This document shows positions 1-11,410 of a stretch of DNA of 64,000 nt, piece by piece (position 1 is the stretch's first letter; every line of letters begins with the position of its first letter). The position numbers and the translations under genes were made by a program. Below the pieces are notes generated by a model. That model had not been told where the DNA came from. It searched no databases and saw nothing but the letters and a program-made list of their open reading frames with translations. Location of the stretch: contig CAVOGV010000061.1 in NCBI GenBank assembly GCA_963695445.1, positions 141,715 to 205,714 on the forward strand, written 5' to 3'. The DNA is from an uncultured Gammaproteobacteria bacterium. Its GTDB lineage: Bacteria > Pseudomonadota > Gammaproteobacteria > Chromatiales > Chromatiaceae.

Positions 1-214
1 TGCGCCGGGTACCGTGGCGCGCCATGTAGTCCATGTCGCCGTGCATGCCGTCCGCGAGCCAGCCATCGAGCCGTTGTTCCGCCTGCGTCAGGTCACAATC
101 GGCGATGCCTAGCTGCTGAAAGCCGAGTTCCTCGCCCCAGCTTTTAATTGTGCGCGCAAGCGTCCGCGCCTCGTCGACGGAGAGGGCGATGATGGGTGTC
201 TGGGCTTGTTCACT
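1..214 (-). CDS. queG: Epoxyqueuosine reductase, N-terminal part (runs off window; start codon uncertain)
   Basis: Manual minus-strand translation LARTIKSWGEELGFQQLGIADCDLTQAEQRLDGWLADGMHGDMDYMARHG matches the QueG N-terminus; divergent from nnr as usual. Confidence 0.85.
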
Positions 215-371
215 GCCTAATCGTTGCTTGAGGCTTGGGGTGACTGGGGGTAGCCGGGGGGCTGGCTGGCCAATTGCGCCGGGCGGCCGTATGTTGTCTC
301 GATCGTTCGCCCGCGCCGCAGGCTCGGTGCGTGCGGATCTTTGCCCGGAGTCAAACACAGTGGCGCGTCTC

Positions 372-1956
372 ATGCCGGAAAACAATCGTTTGCCCTATGC
401 GCTCTACCGCGCGGAGCAAGTGCGCGCACTGGACCGTTGCGCGATCGACGGGTTCGGTATCCCCGGGGCCGAATTGATGGAGCGCGCGGGACGTGCCGCG
501 TTCGTCCGGGCGTGCGCCCGCTGGCCTGGTGCACGCCGGATGGTGGTGCTGGCCGGCGCCGGCAACAACGGGGGCGATGGCTACGTAATCGCACGACTGG
601 CGTTGGAGCAGGGCTGGGCAGTCCAGCTACTGACGCTGGGCGATCACCAACAGCTGCACGGCGAGGCAGCAGCGGCGGCGCGCGCGTTTGCGATCGCGGG
701 CGGCCGTGCGGAACCGTTCCGAGCGCTCCCGCAGGCCGTGGATCTCATCGTCGACGCGTTGCTCGGCACCGGGCTGGAGCGGCCAGTGGCGGGCGACTGG
801 GCCGCCGCCATCGAGCAGGTCAATGCATCACGCGCGGCCGTGCTGGCGGTGGACATTCCATCCGGACTGCATGCCGATAGCGGCCGCGTGCTCGGCTGCG
901 CGGTGCGGGCCGATCTCACCGTGAGCTTCATCGGTCTAAAGCGGGGCATGTTCACGGCGCGGGGGCCGGATCACTGCGGCGAGATCCAGTTCGACGCCTT
1001 GCAGGTGCCCGCCGCGATCTATGCCGGACAGATCCTGGCCGCGCGTCGGCTGGATTGGCGTAAGGAGCAGGAACTGGTGCCGCGTCGCCGACCCGCTGCC
1101 CACAAGGGCGACTGCGGTCATGTGCTGGTGGTCGGCGGGGCGCCCGGTCTGTCCGGTGCGCCGCGTCTGGCGGGGGAAGCCGCGCTGCGAACCGGTGCCG
1201 GGCTGGTGACCATCGCGACCCACGCCTCTCACGCCGCGCTGTTGAACCTGACCCGACCGGAGCTGATGGTACACGGGGTCGCCGATGCCGCAGCGCTGGC
1301 GGCGGTCGCTCAGCGCGCGGACGTGATCGCCATCGGACCCGGTCTGGGGCAGGACGACTGGTCCCGCGCGCTGTTCGAGCAGGTGCTGACGCTGGACAAG
1401 CCGTTGGTAGTGGATGCCGATGCCCTCAACCTGCTCGCCGCCGCACCCCGTCGGCGAGCGAACTGGGTGCTGACGCCGCATCCTGGCGAGGCCGCGCGTC
1501 TGCTTGGATGCTCCATCGCCGAGGTCGAGCAGGATCGCTTCGCCGCCGTCGAGGCACTGCAGCAACGCTTCGATGGGGTTGTCGTGCTCAAGGGCGCGGG
1601 TACGCTGATCCGCGGTCCTGGACATCGGCCGGTCGGACTCTGCAGCGACGGCAATCCCGGTATGGCCAGCGGCGGGATGGGCGATACCCTCACCGGTATC
1701 ATCGCGGCCCTGCTGGCACAACGCTGCCGGCTGGGGGCTGCAGCCTGGACCGATGACGGGTCTCGACCTCGAACAGGCCGCCACCACTGGCGTTTGCCTG
1801 CATGCCGCCGCGGGTGACAGGGCCGCCCGAGATGGCCAGGTCGGTCTACTGGCCGGGGATCTGATCGATGCGTTGCGCGCGACCTTGGGCTCGACAGCAG
1901 CGACCGCAACGACTGCAACGACTGCGACAAGACAGCGCCAACAGCGCACCCGCTGA
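372..1956 (+). CDS. nnr: Bifunctional NAD(P)H-hydrate epimerase/dehydratase (YjeF); +1 frame break near 1720-1755
   Basis: LMERAG, GNNGGDG, VDALLGTG, AVDIPSG, HKGDCG, TPHPGEA, MASGGMGD motifs; C-terminus (GVCLHAAAGD..GLLAGDLI) lies in ORF 1753-1956. Confidence 0.93.
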
Positions 1957-1978
1957 ATCCAGCGGAGGAGGGCGCCTG

Positions 1979-2431
1979 ATGGAACTCTACTTGGCCTCCG
2001 AGGATGCCCAGACCGACTGCGGCCGAGCGCTCGCGGAGCGGTTGCGCGGACAGGCCGGCGTAGTCTTTCTGCGCGGCGATCTCGGCGCCGGCAAGACCAC
2101 GTTGGTGCGGGGCCTGCTGCGCGGTCTTGGCCACGAGGGGCCGGTACGCAGCCCCACCTACACGCTGATCGAACCTTACGAGGTCGCCGGTCAGCGCCTC
2201 TATCATCTGGACCTGTACCGCCTCGGCGACCCGGAGGAGCTTGAGTTCCTCGGTCTGCGGGACCTGCTCGACGGCGAGGCGCTGCTCCTGGTGGAATGGC
2301 CGGAGCGCGGCGCGGGGGTGCTACCTGAGCCCGAGTTGATCATCGACATTGCGCATGCCCCGCCGGGACGACGGATCAGGTTCCTGCCCGGCCCCGGCTG
2401 GGAGCCCCTGTTTCGCCGCGCGCCGTGCTGA
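1979..2431 (+). CDS. tsaE: tRNA threonylcarbamoyladenosine biosynthesis ATPase
   Basis: GDLGAGKTT, SPTYTL, HLDLYRL, VEWPER; GGAGGAG RBS. Confidence 0.96.
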   Translation: MELYLASEDAQTDCGRALAERLRGQAGVVFLRGDLGAGKTTLVRGLLRGLGHEGPVRSPTYTLIEPYEVAGQRLYHLDLYRLGDPEELEFLGLRDLLDGEALLLVEWPERGAGVLPEPELIIDIAHAPPGRRIRFLPGPGWEPLFRRAPC

Positions 2432-2674
2432 ACCCTCTGTCAGTGGCCCATCACGCGTCCTGGGGGCGCGTTTGATCCCGGCTACCGCAGTCCGGTGCGA
2501 CGACTGTGTTCCACTTTGGACACAGGTGTCGATAATCCGCCACACCTGCTCTTTCAAAGACTTAAGAACTCCCCGCAATCGACGGTATTACTTTGGAAAA
2601 GCACGCGAGGAAGTGCTATCCTCAGAGGTGATTGCCGGTCTGATTCGGAGGCTCACTGCGGGGAGAGTCGCGCG

Positions 2675-4012
2675 ATGTGGAAGAAAATCGCAACAATTTC
2701 GTCACTGTTATCGATCGCGGCGGCCCTGATGGCGCTGCCGGGGCAAGTCCTGGCCGCCCAGACGACGGTGCATGGCGCGCGCATCTGGAACGCACCGGAC
2801 CATACCCGCATCGTTCTCGACATCGCCGCGCCCATTCCTTACAAGGTCTTTCCCCTCGACAATCCCCCGCGACTGGTCGTCGATCTGACCGACGCCCGCC
2901 TGAAAGGCAAGCTGCCCGGCGTCGACTCCAGCGACGTGCTCGTGTCGGGTCTGCGCAGCGGGGTGCGTGATGGCGACGACCTGCGCGTGGTCATGGACCT
3001 GAAGCAGGCGGCCAGAATCAAGAGCTTCGAGCTGGACCCGAACGATACTTACGGCCATCGGCTGGTCATCGACCTATCGCCGAAAGACCCCGGCGCGGCG
3101 GTGCTTGCCGCCGCGACCGCAACCGCAAGCCCGGCCATCCGCAAACAGCAAGGCGCGACGCGATCGCCAGCGAGCCTTTCCGTGCAGCCCAAGGGCGGTC
3201 GGCAGCGCGATGTCATCGTTGCCGTCGATGCTGGTCACGGGGGCGAGGACCCAGGCGCGGTCGGGCGCTCCGGCACGCGCGAGAAGGACGTGACGCTCGC
3301 CATCGCCCGCAAGCTCGCCGCGCGTATCGACAAACAAAAGGGCATGAAGGCGGTGCTGATTCGAGACGGCGACTATTTCGTCGCACTGCGTCAGCGCATC
3401 AGCAAGGCGCGCAAGCATCAGGCCGACCTGTTCGTCTCGATCCATGCGGACGCCTTCACGGACCCGAGTGTCCGCGGCTCATCGGTGTATACGCTGTCCA
3501 ACGGCGGCGCCACCAGCGAGGCCGCCAAGTGGTTGGCCGCGCGGGAGAACCGTGCCGACCTGATCGGCGGCGTCAACCTGGCCGAGCGCAACGATGTGCT
3601 TGCAAGCGTATTGCTCGACATGACTCAGAACGCCACCATCGAGCACAGCAGCATCGCCGCCACCCGGGTACTGGCAAAGCTACGTTCCCTCGGGCACGTC
3701 CATCAGACGCGCATTCAGCAGGCGGGCTTCGTCGTGCTTAAATCGCCCGATATCCCGTCCATGCTGGTCGAAACCGCTTTCATCTCCAACCCGGACGAGG
3801 AAAAGCGCCTGCGCAACGGCAGCTATCAGAACCAACTCGCCGATTCCCTGCTCGGCGGAATTCTTGACTACTTCCGGGAATATCCGCCGCCAGGAACGCG
3901 CTTCGCCCGGGAGCCCGGCAGGTCACCTGATGCCACCTCCGATGCGAACGACTACTTAATCGGACCCGGCAGCAGCGGCGACGCCCTGAACTTGCTTGCG
4001 CGCGGCGACTAG
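2675..4012 (+). CDS. N-acetylmuramoyl-L-alanine amidase (AMIN + Amidase_3, AmiB/AmiC family)
   Basis: Signal peptide, AMIN domain (RLVVDL), VDAGHGGEDPGA, SIHADA, LVETAFISN; tsaE-ami-mutL synteny. Confidence 0.93.
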   Translation: MWKKIATISSLLSIAAALMALPGQVLAAQTTVHGARIWNAPDHTRIVLDIAAPIPYKVFPLDNPPRLVVDLTDARLKGKLPGVDSSDVLVSGLRSGVRDGDDLRVVMDLKQAARIKSFELDPNDTYGHRLVIDLSPKDPGAAVLAAATATASPAIRKQQGATRSPASLSVQPKGGRQRDVIVAVDAGHGGEDPGAVGRSGTREKDVTLAIARKLAARIDKQKGMKAVLIRDGDYFVALRQRISKARKHQADLFVSIHADAFTDPSVRGSSVYTLSNGGATSEAAKWLAARENRADLIGGVNLAERNDVLASVLLDMTQNATIEHSSIAATRVLAKLRSLGHVHQTRIQQAGFVVLKSPDIPSMLVETAFISNPDEEKRLRNGSYQNQLADSLLGGILDYFREYPPPGTRFAREPGRSPDATSDANDYLIGPGSSGDALNLLARGD

Positions 4013-4122
4013 CCGTCGCGATTGCAAGTCGCTCCCTTGTGCCTGTGGGAGCGGCTTGCAGCCGCGATGGGGCCCCAGGGAGATCTGTTGGTGTTGCCGT
4101 CGCGATTGCAAATCGCTCCCAC
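4012..4122. repeat. Cluster of three REP-like palindromic units
   Basis: GTGGGAGCGGCTTGCAGCCGCGA (4045-4067) flanked by opposite-orientation TCGCGATTGCAA(G/A)TCGCTCCC at 4016-4036 and 4100-4122. Confidence 0.8.
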
Positions 4123-4168
4123 GATCGCCCTCTTGCGACGGGCGGCCGTTTCTGGTTCCATCCCGGCG

Positions 4169-6128
4169 ATGCCGATCATCCGCACATTGCCGCCCCAGCT
4201 CATCAATCAGATCGCCGCCGGCGAGGTCGTTGAGCGACCGGCGTCCGTGGTCAAGGAATTGCTCGAGAACAGTCTCGACGCCGGCGCTCGGCGCATCGAC
4301 GTGGACGTCGAGCGGGGCGGGGCGAAGCTGATCCGTATTCGCGACGACGGGGTCGGTATCGGTCGCGATCAGCTGGCCTTGGCCCTGTCTCGGCACGCGA
4401 CCAGTAAGATCGCGAGCCTGGACGACCTGGAGGCGGTCGGCACCATGGGCTTTCGCGGTGAGGCGTTGCCGAGCATCGCGTCCGTATCGCGGCTGGACCT
4501 GATCTCACGCACGGCTCAGGAGAGCCACGGCTGGCGCGTATCCGCGGACGGCAGCGATCACATCGACGCACCGCAGCCAGCGGCCCACGCGATCGGTACC
4601 ACGGTGGAGGTCCATGACCTGTTCTATAACGTGCCGGCGCGGCGCAAGTTCCTGCGCACCGAGAAGACGGAGTTCGGCCATCTGGAGCAGATGCTGCGAC
4701 GCATGGCGCTTGCCCATGGCGACGTCGCGCTGCGGTTGCAGCACAACGGTCGCACGGTGCTGGATCTGCCGGCGGGCGAAGAGGGCTTCTCGGCACAGCG
4801 ATTACAGGCCCTGCTCGGCGACGGGTTCATGGACGCCAGCCTGACGCTGGATCAGACAGCGGTCGGGCTCCGACTGGCCGGCTGGATCGCTCAGCCCGCG
4901 TTTGCCCGCAGCCAGACCGACATGCAGTTTTTCTACGTCAACGGCCGTTTGGTGCGTGACAAGCTCGTCGCCCACGCGGTGCGACAGTCCTATCAGGACG
5001 TGCTGCACCATGGTCGGCATCCCGCCTATGTGTTGTTTCTAGAGGTGCCCCCTCGCCATGTCGACGTGAACGTGCATCCCGCCAAGCAGGAAGTGCGCTT
5101 TCGCGAAGGTCGGCAGGTGCATGACTTCATCTTCCGCACCCTGCATCGGCGGCTTGCCGGGGGTGTTAGGTCCGATGCCGGTCCGATGGATGGGGATCGC
5201 TCGGGTGCCGCTTCGGATGCCGGTGCCGATACCAGCGTTCCGGCGCACGCATCGCCGATGTTCGCCCTCGGCGGCAGCGAGCCGTCCGTTGCCGGGAGGC
5301 CGGTCGGTACGAGCACCTATCCTTCGATGCCTGGGCGGCTGCCGCTGCGAGCCGGCGATGGTCGGGGTGGCTATGCCGCCGCGTTCGAGTTTCAGCGTCC
5401 TGGGGCGATGCCGGGGGATGCGATCGCATCACCACCAATCGGTATGCCGTCGACCGGCGACGAGCAGGAGATCCCGCCCCTCGGCTTCGCCATCGGACAG
5501 CTCAACGGCGTCTATGTGCTGGCCCAAGCCGAGGACGGACTGGTCATCGTTGACATGCACGCGGCCCACGAGCGCATCGGCTACGAACGCCTGAAGCAAT
5601 CCGCTGCCTCCGGCGAGTTGCGGCGTCAGCCGTTGTTGGTGCCGGTCGTGGTGCATGTCAGCGCCATGGAGGCCGACCTGGCGGAGCACCAGGCGCCGGT
5701 GATGGAGCGACTGGGTCTCGTGGTGGGCCGCCTGGGGGAGGGCAAGCTCGCGGTGCGCGAGATCCCGGCCCTGCTGCAGGGCTCGGACCCGGAGCGGTTG
5801 TTGCGCGACGTGCTGTCCGACCTCGGCAGCGCGGGCGTCGCGGCCGATGGCTTAGCTGTTCCGCCAGCCAGAGGGTCGCGCCAGTGATGGAATCGGTGAT
5901 GATGGCGTTGGCGGCGAGCGGTTGCGCGGCGAGATCAACGCGGTACTGTCGACCATGGCCTGCCATGGCGCCGTGCGCGCCAATCGCCGCCTCACTATCG
6001 CCGAGATGAATGCGCTGCTGCGAGACATGGAGCGCACCGAGCGCGCGGACCAATGCAACCACGGCCGGCCAACCTGGATCAAACTCTCGCAACGCCAGCT
6101 GGACGGTCTGTTCATGCGCGGGCGCTGA
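4169..6128 (+). CDS. mutL: DNA mismatch repair protein MutL; +1 frame break near 5855-5885
   Basis: [42 protein letters not shown]; ACH and CNHGRP motifs in ORF 5922-6128. Confidence 0.96.
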
Positions 6129-7077
6129 GTGGGCGACCCGACCACCGACCAGCCGGACCTGCCGCCGGCGATCCTGCTGATGGGGCCGACCGCGTCGGGC
6201 AAGACCGATCTGGCGCTGGCACTGGCGGACAGGCTGCCGTGCGACCTTATCAGCGTCGACTCCGCACTGGTCTATCGCGGCATGGACATCGGCACCGCGA
6301 AGCCGCCGCCGGAGGTCTTGGCCCGCGTTCCCCACCGGCTTATCGACGTCTGCGATCCTGCCGACGCCTATTCCGCGGCCCGCTTCCGCGACGACGCGTT
6401 GGCCGCCATGGCCGAGATCACGGCACGTGGGCGTATTCCGTTGCTGGTGGGCGGCACCATGCTCTACTTTCGCGCGCTGCAACAGGGCCTTTCTCCACTG
6501 CCGAAGAGCGATCCGTTCGGTGCGCGCGGATCTGATGGAGCGTGCCGACCGCCTCGGTGCCCAGGCCATGCACCGCTGGCTTGCGGAGGTGGACCCGGAT
6601 GCGGCCGCGCAGATCCACCCGAACGACCCGCAACGGGTGCAGCGCGCGCTGGAGGTCATACTGCTGACGGGTCAGCCGATGACGGAGCTTTGGCGCGCGC
6701 GGTGCGAGCCGTTACCGTATCGGACACTGAAGCTGGTGCGATCGCCCCGCGAGCGTGCAACTTTGCATCGACGCATCGCGGCGCGCTTCGAGGCCATGCT
6801 GGAGGCTGGCTTCAAGGACGAAGTTCGCCGGCTTTGGCAGCGCGGCGACCTGCACGCTGAGCTGCCGTCGATGCGCAGCGTCGGCTACCGGCAGATGTTG
6901 CAGTACTTGCTCGGAGATTACAGCTACGCGGAAATGACGGAGCGTGCCATCGTCGCAACCCGCCAGCTTGCCAAGCGGCAATACACATGGCTTCGCTCCG
7001 AACCCGATTGCACGTGGATCTGGGACGACGAACCGGTGTTAGAGCAGGCGATGGCCGCATGTCGGCGCTCGCAATGA
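6129..7077 (+). CDS. miaA: tRNA dimethylallyltransferase; +1 frame break near 6515
   Basis: [33 protein letters not shown]; second frame has [31 protein letters not shown]. Confidence 0.95.
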
Positions 7078-7222
7078 TCGCGCTGGACATCGGGCGGAAT
7101 TGGTCCGCGGGGAAAATCCGGCCTTCCGGGTACCGACCCTCAGCAGGCCGTTTGCCCTCGACAGGGCGACTTTCGGGGTAATCTTGATCTCGGATGTCAA
7201 ACATACGTTTAATTCGACTCTG

Positions 7223-7231
7223 TGCTATGTT
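7223..7231 (+). promoter_or_regulatory. Possible extended -10 promoter for hfq
   Basis: TGCTATGTT in an AT-richer stretch ~80 nt upstream of the hfq ATG. Confidence 0.35.
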
Positions 7232-7311
7232 GTCACTTTCCGTAAATTCAACCGCGGTAGTCCGCTGGCCGCCGATCCACCGCCTGGGCAAAACAACAAG
7301 GAGCTCAATCC

Positions 7312-7566
7312 ATGTCTAAGGGCCAGAGCCTGCAAGACCCATTTTTGAATACGCTTCGCAAGGAGCGGGTACCTGTCTCGATCTTCCTGGTCAATGGAAT
7401 CAAACTTCAGGGCCAGATCGAGTCTTTCGACCAGTTCGTGGTCTTGCTCAAGAACAATGTCAGTCAGATGATCTACAAGCACGCCATCTCTACCGTCGTA
7501 CCCGCGCGCAACGTCAAGCTGCCGCCGAGTTCGGACGCCGACGACGAGTCCCAGGGTAACGCCTGA
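7312..7566 (+). CDS. hfq: RNA chaperone Hfq
   Basis: [29 protein letters not shown]. Confidence 0.99.
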   Translation: MSKGQSLQDPFLNTLRKERVPVSIFLVNGIKLQGQIESFDQFVVLLKNNVSQMIYKHAISTVVPARNVKLPPSSDADDESQGNA

Positions 7567-7639
7567 TCTTGATGCAGTACCATCCCCAGTACGATCTCTC
7601 GCCCCGGTTCCCGGGGCTGACGCCCTAGCCCCGTCGGTC

Positions 7640-9088
7640 ATGTTCGAACGCCCACGTGCTGGCGAACGCGCCATCCTTGTGCAACTCGCCATCGGCCACC
7701 CGGTGGAAGCGGACGCCATGCTCGAGTTCAGGCTGCTTGCGAAAGCGGCCGGCGCAATTGAGGTCGGTTACCTGACCGGCTCCCGCGATAAACCCGACTC
7801 GCGGCTGTTCATCGGCAGCGGCAAGGCCGAGGAGCTAAAGTCGCTGGTGCAGGCAACCGAGGCGGAACTCGCCATCTTCGACCATGCCCTCAGTCCAGCC
7901 CAGGAGCGCAATCTGGAGCGCTTGCTGCAATGCCGCGTGGTGGAGCGTAGTGGCCTCATCCTCGACATCTTCGCGCAACGGGCGCGCTCCTTCGAGGGCA
8001 AGCTGCAGGTGGAACTGGCGCAGTTGCGCCATATGTCCACAAGGCTGGTGCGCGGCTGGACGCATCTGGAGCGACAAAAGGGCGGTATCGGCCTACGCGG
8101 CCCTGGAGAGACGCAACTGGAGACCGACCGGCGCTTGCTCGGCAAACGCATCGCGCAGCTCAAGAGTCGGCTGGCGCGCATCGAAACGCAGCGCGCCCAG
8201 GGTCGGCGTGCTCGTGATCGGGCGGAGGTGCCCACGGTGTCGTTGGTGGGTTATACCAACGCCGGAAAGTCGACGCTGTTCAACCGGCTCACCGAGGCTG
8301 GCGTCTTTCAGGCGGATCAGCTGTTTGCCACGCTTGATCCGACCCTGCGGCGCCTGGCGCTGCCGGATGCGCCGGCTGTTGTACTGGCGGACACCGTCGG
8401 CTTCGTCAACCAGCTTCCGCACGAGTTAGTCGCGGCGTTTCGCTCCACACTGCAGGAGACCCGTTCCGCGGACCTGCTACTGCACGTGGTCGATGCAGGC
8501 AGCGAACAGCGCGCGCGGCGCATCTCCGATGTCGATACGGTTCTGGACGAGATCGGCGCGAAGGAGATCCCGACCCTTCTCGTCTTCAACAAGATCGATA
8601 CCCTGACGGATACCGGCATGGACAACACCCCGCGCGTCGACCGCGATGCGCTGGGGCAGGTGACACGGGTTTGGTTGTCCGCGCAGACCGGTGCCGGCGT
8701 GGACCTGTTGCTTGCGGCACTCGCGGATCACTTCCGGGGCGAGTCCCTGCGTCAGCGGCTGAGGCTGGGTCCAGCGGACGGCGGATTACGTGCCTGGCTT
8801 TTCTCCCATGCACGGATCCTGTCCGAGGTACCGACCGAACTTGGTGGCTGGGAGATCGAGGTGGAGATCTCTCGTGCTCATCGCGATCGGTACATGCGTG
8901 ACCGCGACCTCTGGAAGGATCGGCTGATCGCCGGAGAGACCCCTGATGTTGGCCAGAATGCCGATGCGGACAATGCCGTGCCCGCGATGGCGCCGGTGGC
9001 GCTTGCCACGACCTCGGCGGCGGCCGAAGAGGGCGCCGAGGAAAGCGATCCCGGCGCAACCGAACGGTCGGGGGCATTGCCCGGCTAG
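7640..9088 (+). CDS. hflX: Ribosome-splitting GTPase HflX
   Basis: GPGETQLE, GYTNAGKST, FATLDPT, DTVGF, NKID. Confidence 0.97.
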   Translation: MFERPRAGERAILVQLAIGHPVEADAMLEFRLLAKAAGAIEVGYLTGSRDKPDSRLFIGSGKAEELKSLVQATEAELAIFDHALSPAQERNLERLLQCRVVERSGLILDIFAQRARSFEGKLQVELAQLRHMSTRLVRGWTHLERQKGGIGLRGPGETQLETDRRLLGKRIAQLKSRLARIETQRAQGRRARDRAEVPTVSLVGYTNAGKSTLFNRLTEAGVFQADQLFATLDPTLRRLALPDAPAVVLADTVGFVNQLPHELVAAFRSTLQETRSADLLLHVVDAGSEQRARRISDVDTVLDEIGAKEIPTLLVFNKIDTLTDTGMDNTPRVDRDALGQVTRVWLSAQTGAGVDLLLAALADHFRGESLRQRLRLGPADGGLRAWLFSHARILSEVPTELGGWEIEVEISRAHRDRYMRDRDLWKDRLIAGETPDVGQNADADNAVPAMAPVALATTSAAAEEGAEESDPGATERSGALPG

Positions 9089-9231
9089 CGTTCGGCCCCT
9101 AGAATGCCGGGTTGACTCTGGCGGCTTGATATCGCGCGGCTTCGGCGGCACCTTCCACTAGCGCAATGGTCCCAGTCGACGGCGCACACTGGAATCAAGC
9201 GAAACCACACAACACCTGTTGCGGAGACACT

Positions 9232-10395
9232 ATGGCCTGGAATGAGCCGGGAGGCGGTAACAAGGATCCCTGGGGCGGAAGCTCCGGGAATCAGGGGCCG
9301 CCAGACCTCGATGAGATCGTGCGCAAGCTGCAGGAGCGCGTCAGCGGCCTGCTCGGCGGCGTGAAAAGGCCGGGCGGATCCGGTGGGGGGGGCGGCTCCG
9401 GCGGAGGCCCTGATCTGAGCATGCGCGCGATCGGTATTATCGTCGCAGTGCTGTTTATCGGTTGGCTATTCACGGGCATATACATCGTCGATCCCGCCGA
9501 GCGCGGCGTGATTACGCGCTTTGGCGCCTACACCAAGATGACCGAACCTGGCCCACATTGGCACATTCCGTGGCCGATCGAGACGGTGCAGATCGTCAAC
9601 GTCGACGAGATCTCGTCGTTCAGCCACAAGGCGCTGATGTTGACCAAGGACGAAAACATTGTTGACGTGGAGTTGACGGTCCAGTCGCGTATCCAAGATG
9701 CCGCCAACTACCTATTCCAAGATCAGTCTCCTGACAAGACGCTCCGCGATGCCACCGAGACCGTCGTGCGCAAGACGATCGGTGGTAGCAATCTCGACTT
9801 TATCCTCACCGAGGGCCGAAGCGCTGTGGCCGCGACGATTCGCGAGCGCGTGCAGAGTCTGATGGATATCTACAAAACTGGTCTTCAGGTGACTTCGGTC
9901 AACATGCAGCCGGCGAAGCCACCAGACCAAGTCAAGGAAGCCTTCGACGATGCCATTAAGGCGCGCGAGGACAAGGAGCGATTGGAGAACAAGGCTGAGG
10001 CCTATGCGAACGAGATCTTGCCTCAGGCACGCGGTGAAGCCGCCAGGGCGACCGCCGAGGCCAAGGCCTATCGCGATCGGGTCATCGCCGAGGCCCAAGG
10101 CCAGGCGTCACGATTCACGGCAGTGCTGGGCGAGTACGCCAAGGCGCCGGGCGTGACGCGCGAGCGTCTGTATTTGGAGACCATGGAGGAAGTACTCGGT
10201 CAGAGCAACATGGTGCTGCTCGACGTGCCTAACGGCAACAGCCTGATGTATTTGCCGCTAGACGAACTCATGAAACAAAAGCCGCCGCAGCCACGCACCT
10301 CGATGGTGGACATGACCGACAGCGCCGCCAGCAGCGGCTCGGCCACTGCCTCCACACGCGTCCGTGACACGTCCCGTGAGCGGAGGAGTCGCTGA
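9232..10395 (+). CDS. hflK: FtsH modulator HflK
   Basis: MAWNEPGG..GPPDLDE, SPFH domain, VTRERLYLETME. Confidence 0.97.
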   Translation: MAWNEPGGGNKDPWGGSSGNQGPPDLDEIVRKLQERVSGLLGGVKRPGGSGGGGGSGGGPDLSMRAIGIIVAVLFIGWLFTGIYIVDPAERGVITRFGAYTKMTEPGPHWHIPWPIETVQIVNVDEISSFSHKALMLTKDENIVDVELTVQSRIQDAANYLFQDQSPDKTLRDATETVVRKTIGGSNLDFILTEGRSAVAATIRERVQSLMDIYKTGLQVTSVNMQPAKPPDQVKEAFDDAIKAREDKERLENKAEAYANEILPQARGEAARATAEAKAYRDRVIAEAQGQASRFTAVLGEYAKAPGVTRERLYLETMEEVLGQSNMVLLDVPNGNSLMYLPLDELMKQKPPQPRTSMVDMTDSAASSGSATASTRVRDTSRERRSR

Positions 10396-11366
10396 TGGAC
10401 GACACTAAGAAAGTCCTGATACCGATTGCGATTGCGCTGCTGGCGCTGCTGGTCTTTGCATCGACGTTCATCGTCCAGCAGTACGAGACGGCCATCAAGT
10501 TGCGGCTCGGTGAGATTGTCGGCAGTGACTATAAACCCGGCCTGCATTTCAAGGTGCCGTTGCTGAACAACATCCTTACGTTCGATGCCCGCATCCAGAC
10601 CTTAGATTCGCGTCCGGAGCGCTTCCTGACCATCGAGAAGAAGGACGTCATCGTCGACTCGTATGCCAAATGGCGTATCAACAACGCGGCGCAATTCTTC
10701 CGTTCCACCGGCGGCGACAGCGCCCGCACCGCGCGCCTGCTGTCTGAGCGGATCAACACGAGCCTTCGCGACGAGTTCGGTAAGCGAACGATCAAGGAGG
10801 TTGTGTCAGAGGATCGCTTGGAACTCATGCAGGTGCTTACCAAGCAGGTCGATACCCAGGCGGCGGAACTTGGCGTCGAGGTGCTGGACGTGCGCGTGAA
10901 GAAGATCGACCTGCCGCCCGAGGTCAGTGAGTCAGTTTACAATCGCATGCGTGCCGAGCGTGAGCGCGTGGCCCGCGACCTGCGCGCCAAAGGATCGGAG
11001 GCGGCGGAACGCATTCGTGCCGACGCTGACAGGCAGCGTACGGTGATTGTGGCCGATGCCTATAAAGAAGCGGAAGAGACGCGCGGTAAGGGCGATGCCA
11101 AGGCCGCTGAAGTCTACGCCAATGCGTTCCAGGCGGACCCCGAGTTCTATGCCTTCTACCGAAGCCTTGACGCCTACCGCAAATCGTTCGCGGATGCCGG
11201 CAGCACGCTGGTGATTGCGCCAGATTCGGACTTCTTTAAATTCTTCAATCAGCAGTATGCAAAACCTGCCCAGGCTGCTGCGCCACCGCAACTCGGCCTG
11301 CAACAGGACCCACAGCCTAGGCTGCGTATTGCTCCGCCGCCCGGACTCGGTTCTCGCGTTCAATAG
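10395..11366 (+). CDS. hflC: FtsH modulator HflC
   Basis: PGLHFKVP, RMRAERE, DPEFYAFYRSL; TGATG coupling to hflK. Confidence 0.97.
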   Translation: MDDTKKVLIPIAIALLALLVFASTFIVQQYETAIKLRLGEIVGSDYKPGLHFKVPLLNNILTFDARIQTLDSRPERFLTIEKKDVIVDSYAKWRINNAAQFFRSTGGDSARTARLLSERINTSLRDEFGKRTIKEVVSEDRLELMQVLTKQVDTQAAELGVEVLDVRVKKIDLPPEVSESVYNRMRAERERVARDLRAKGSEAAERIRADADRQRTVIVADAYKEAEETRGKGDAKAAEVYANAFQADPEFYAFYRSLDAYRKSFADAGSTLVIAPDSDFFKFFNQQYAKPAQAAAPPQLGLQQDPQPRLRIAPPPGLGSRVQ

Positions 11367-11380
11367 GCAGTAACTGCGAC

Positions 11381-11410
11381 GGCCCCGCATCGAGCGGGGC
11401 CTTTTCTTTT
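11381..11410 (+). terminator. Rho-independent terminator after hflC
   Basis: GGCCCCGC-ATCGA-GCGGGGCC followed by TTTTCTTTT. Confidence 0.85.

Noticed and set aside
150-371. N-terminal extensions in the ORF track (nnr, amidase, mutL, hflK, oadA, fabG, kinase, channel)
   Set aside because: Downstream starts with RBS or coupling match family N-termini; the mutL extension is just translated REP sequence
372-7077. nnr, mutL and miaA as pseudogenes or programmed frameshifts
   Set aside because: All breaks in the window are +1, motifs on both sides are intact and no common slippery site is evident; sequencing error is more parsimonious
8930-9088. Acidic Ala-rich C-terminal tail of HflX (similar tails on HflC and Nnr)
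   Set aside because: Low-complexity extensions are common in high-GC genomes; no domain signal
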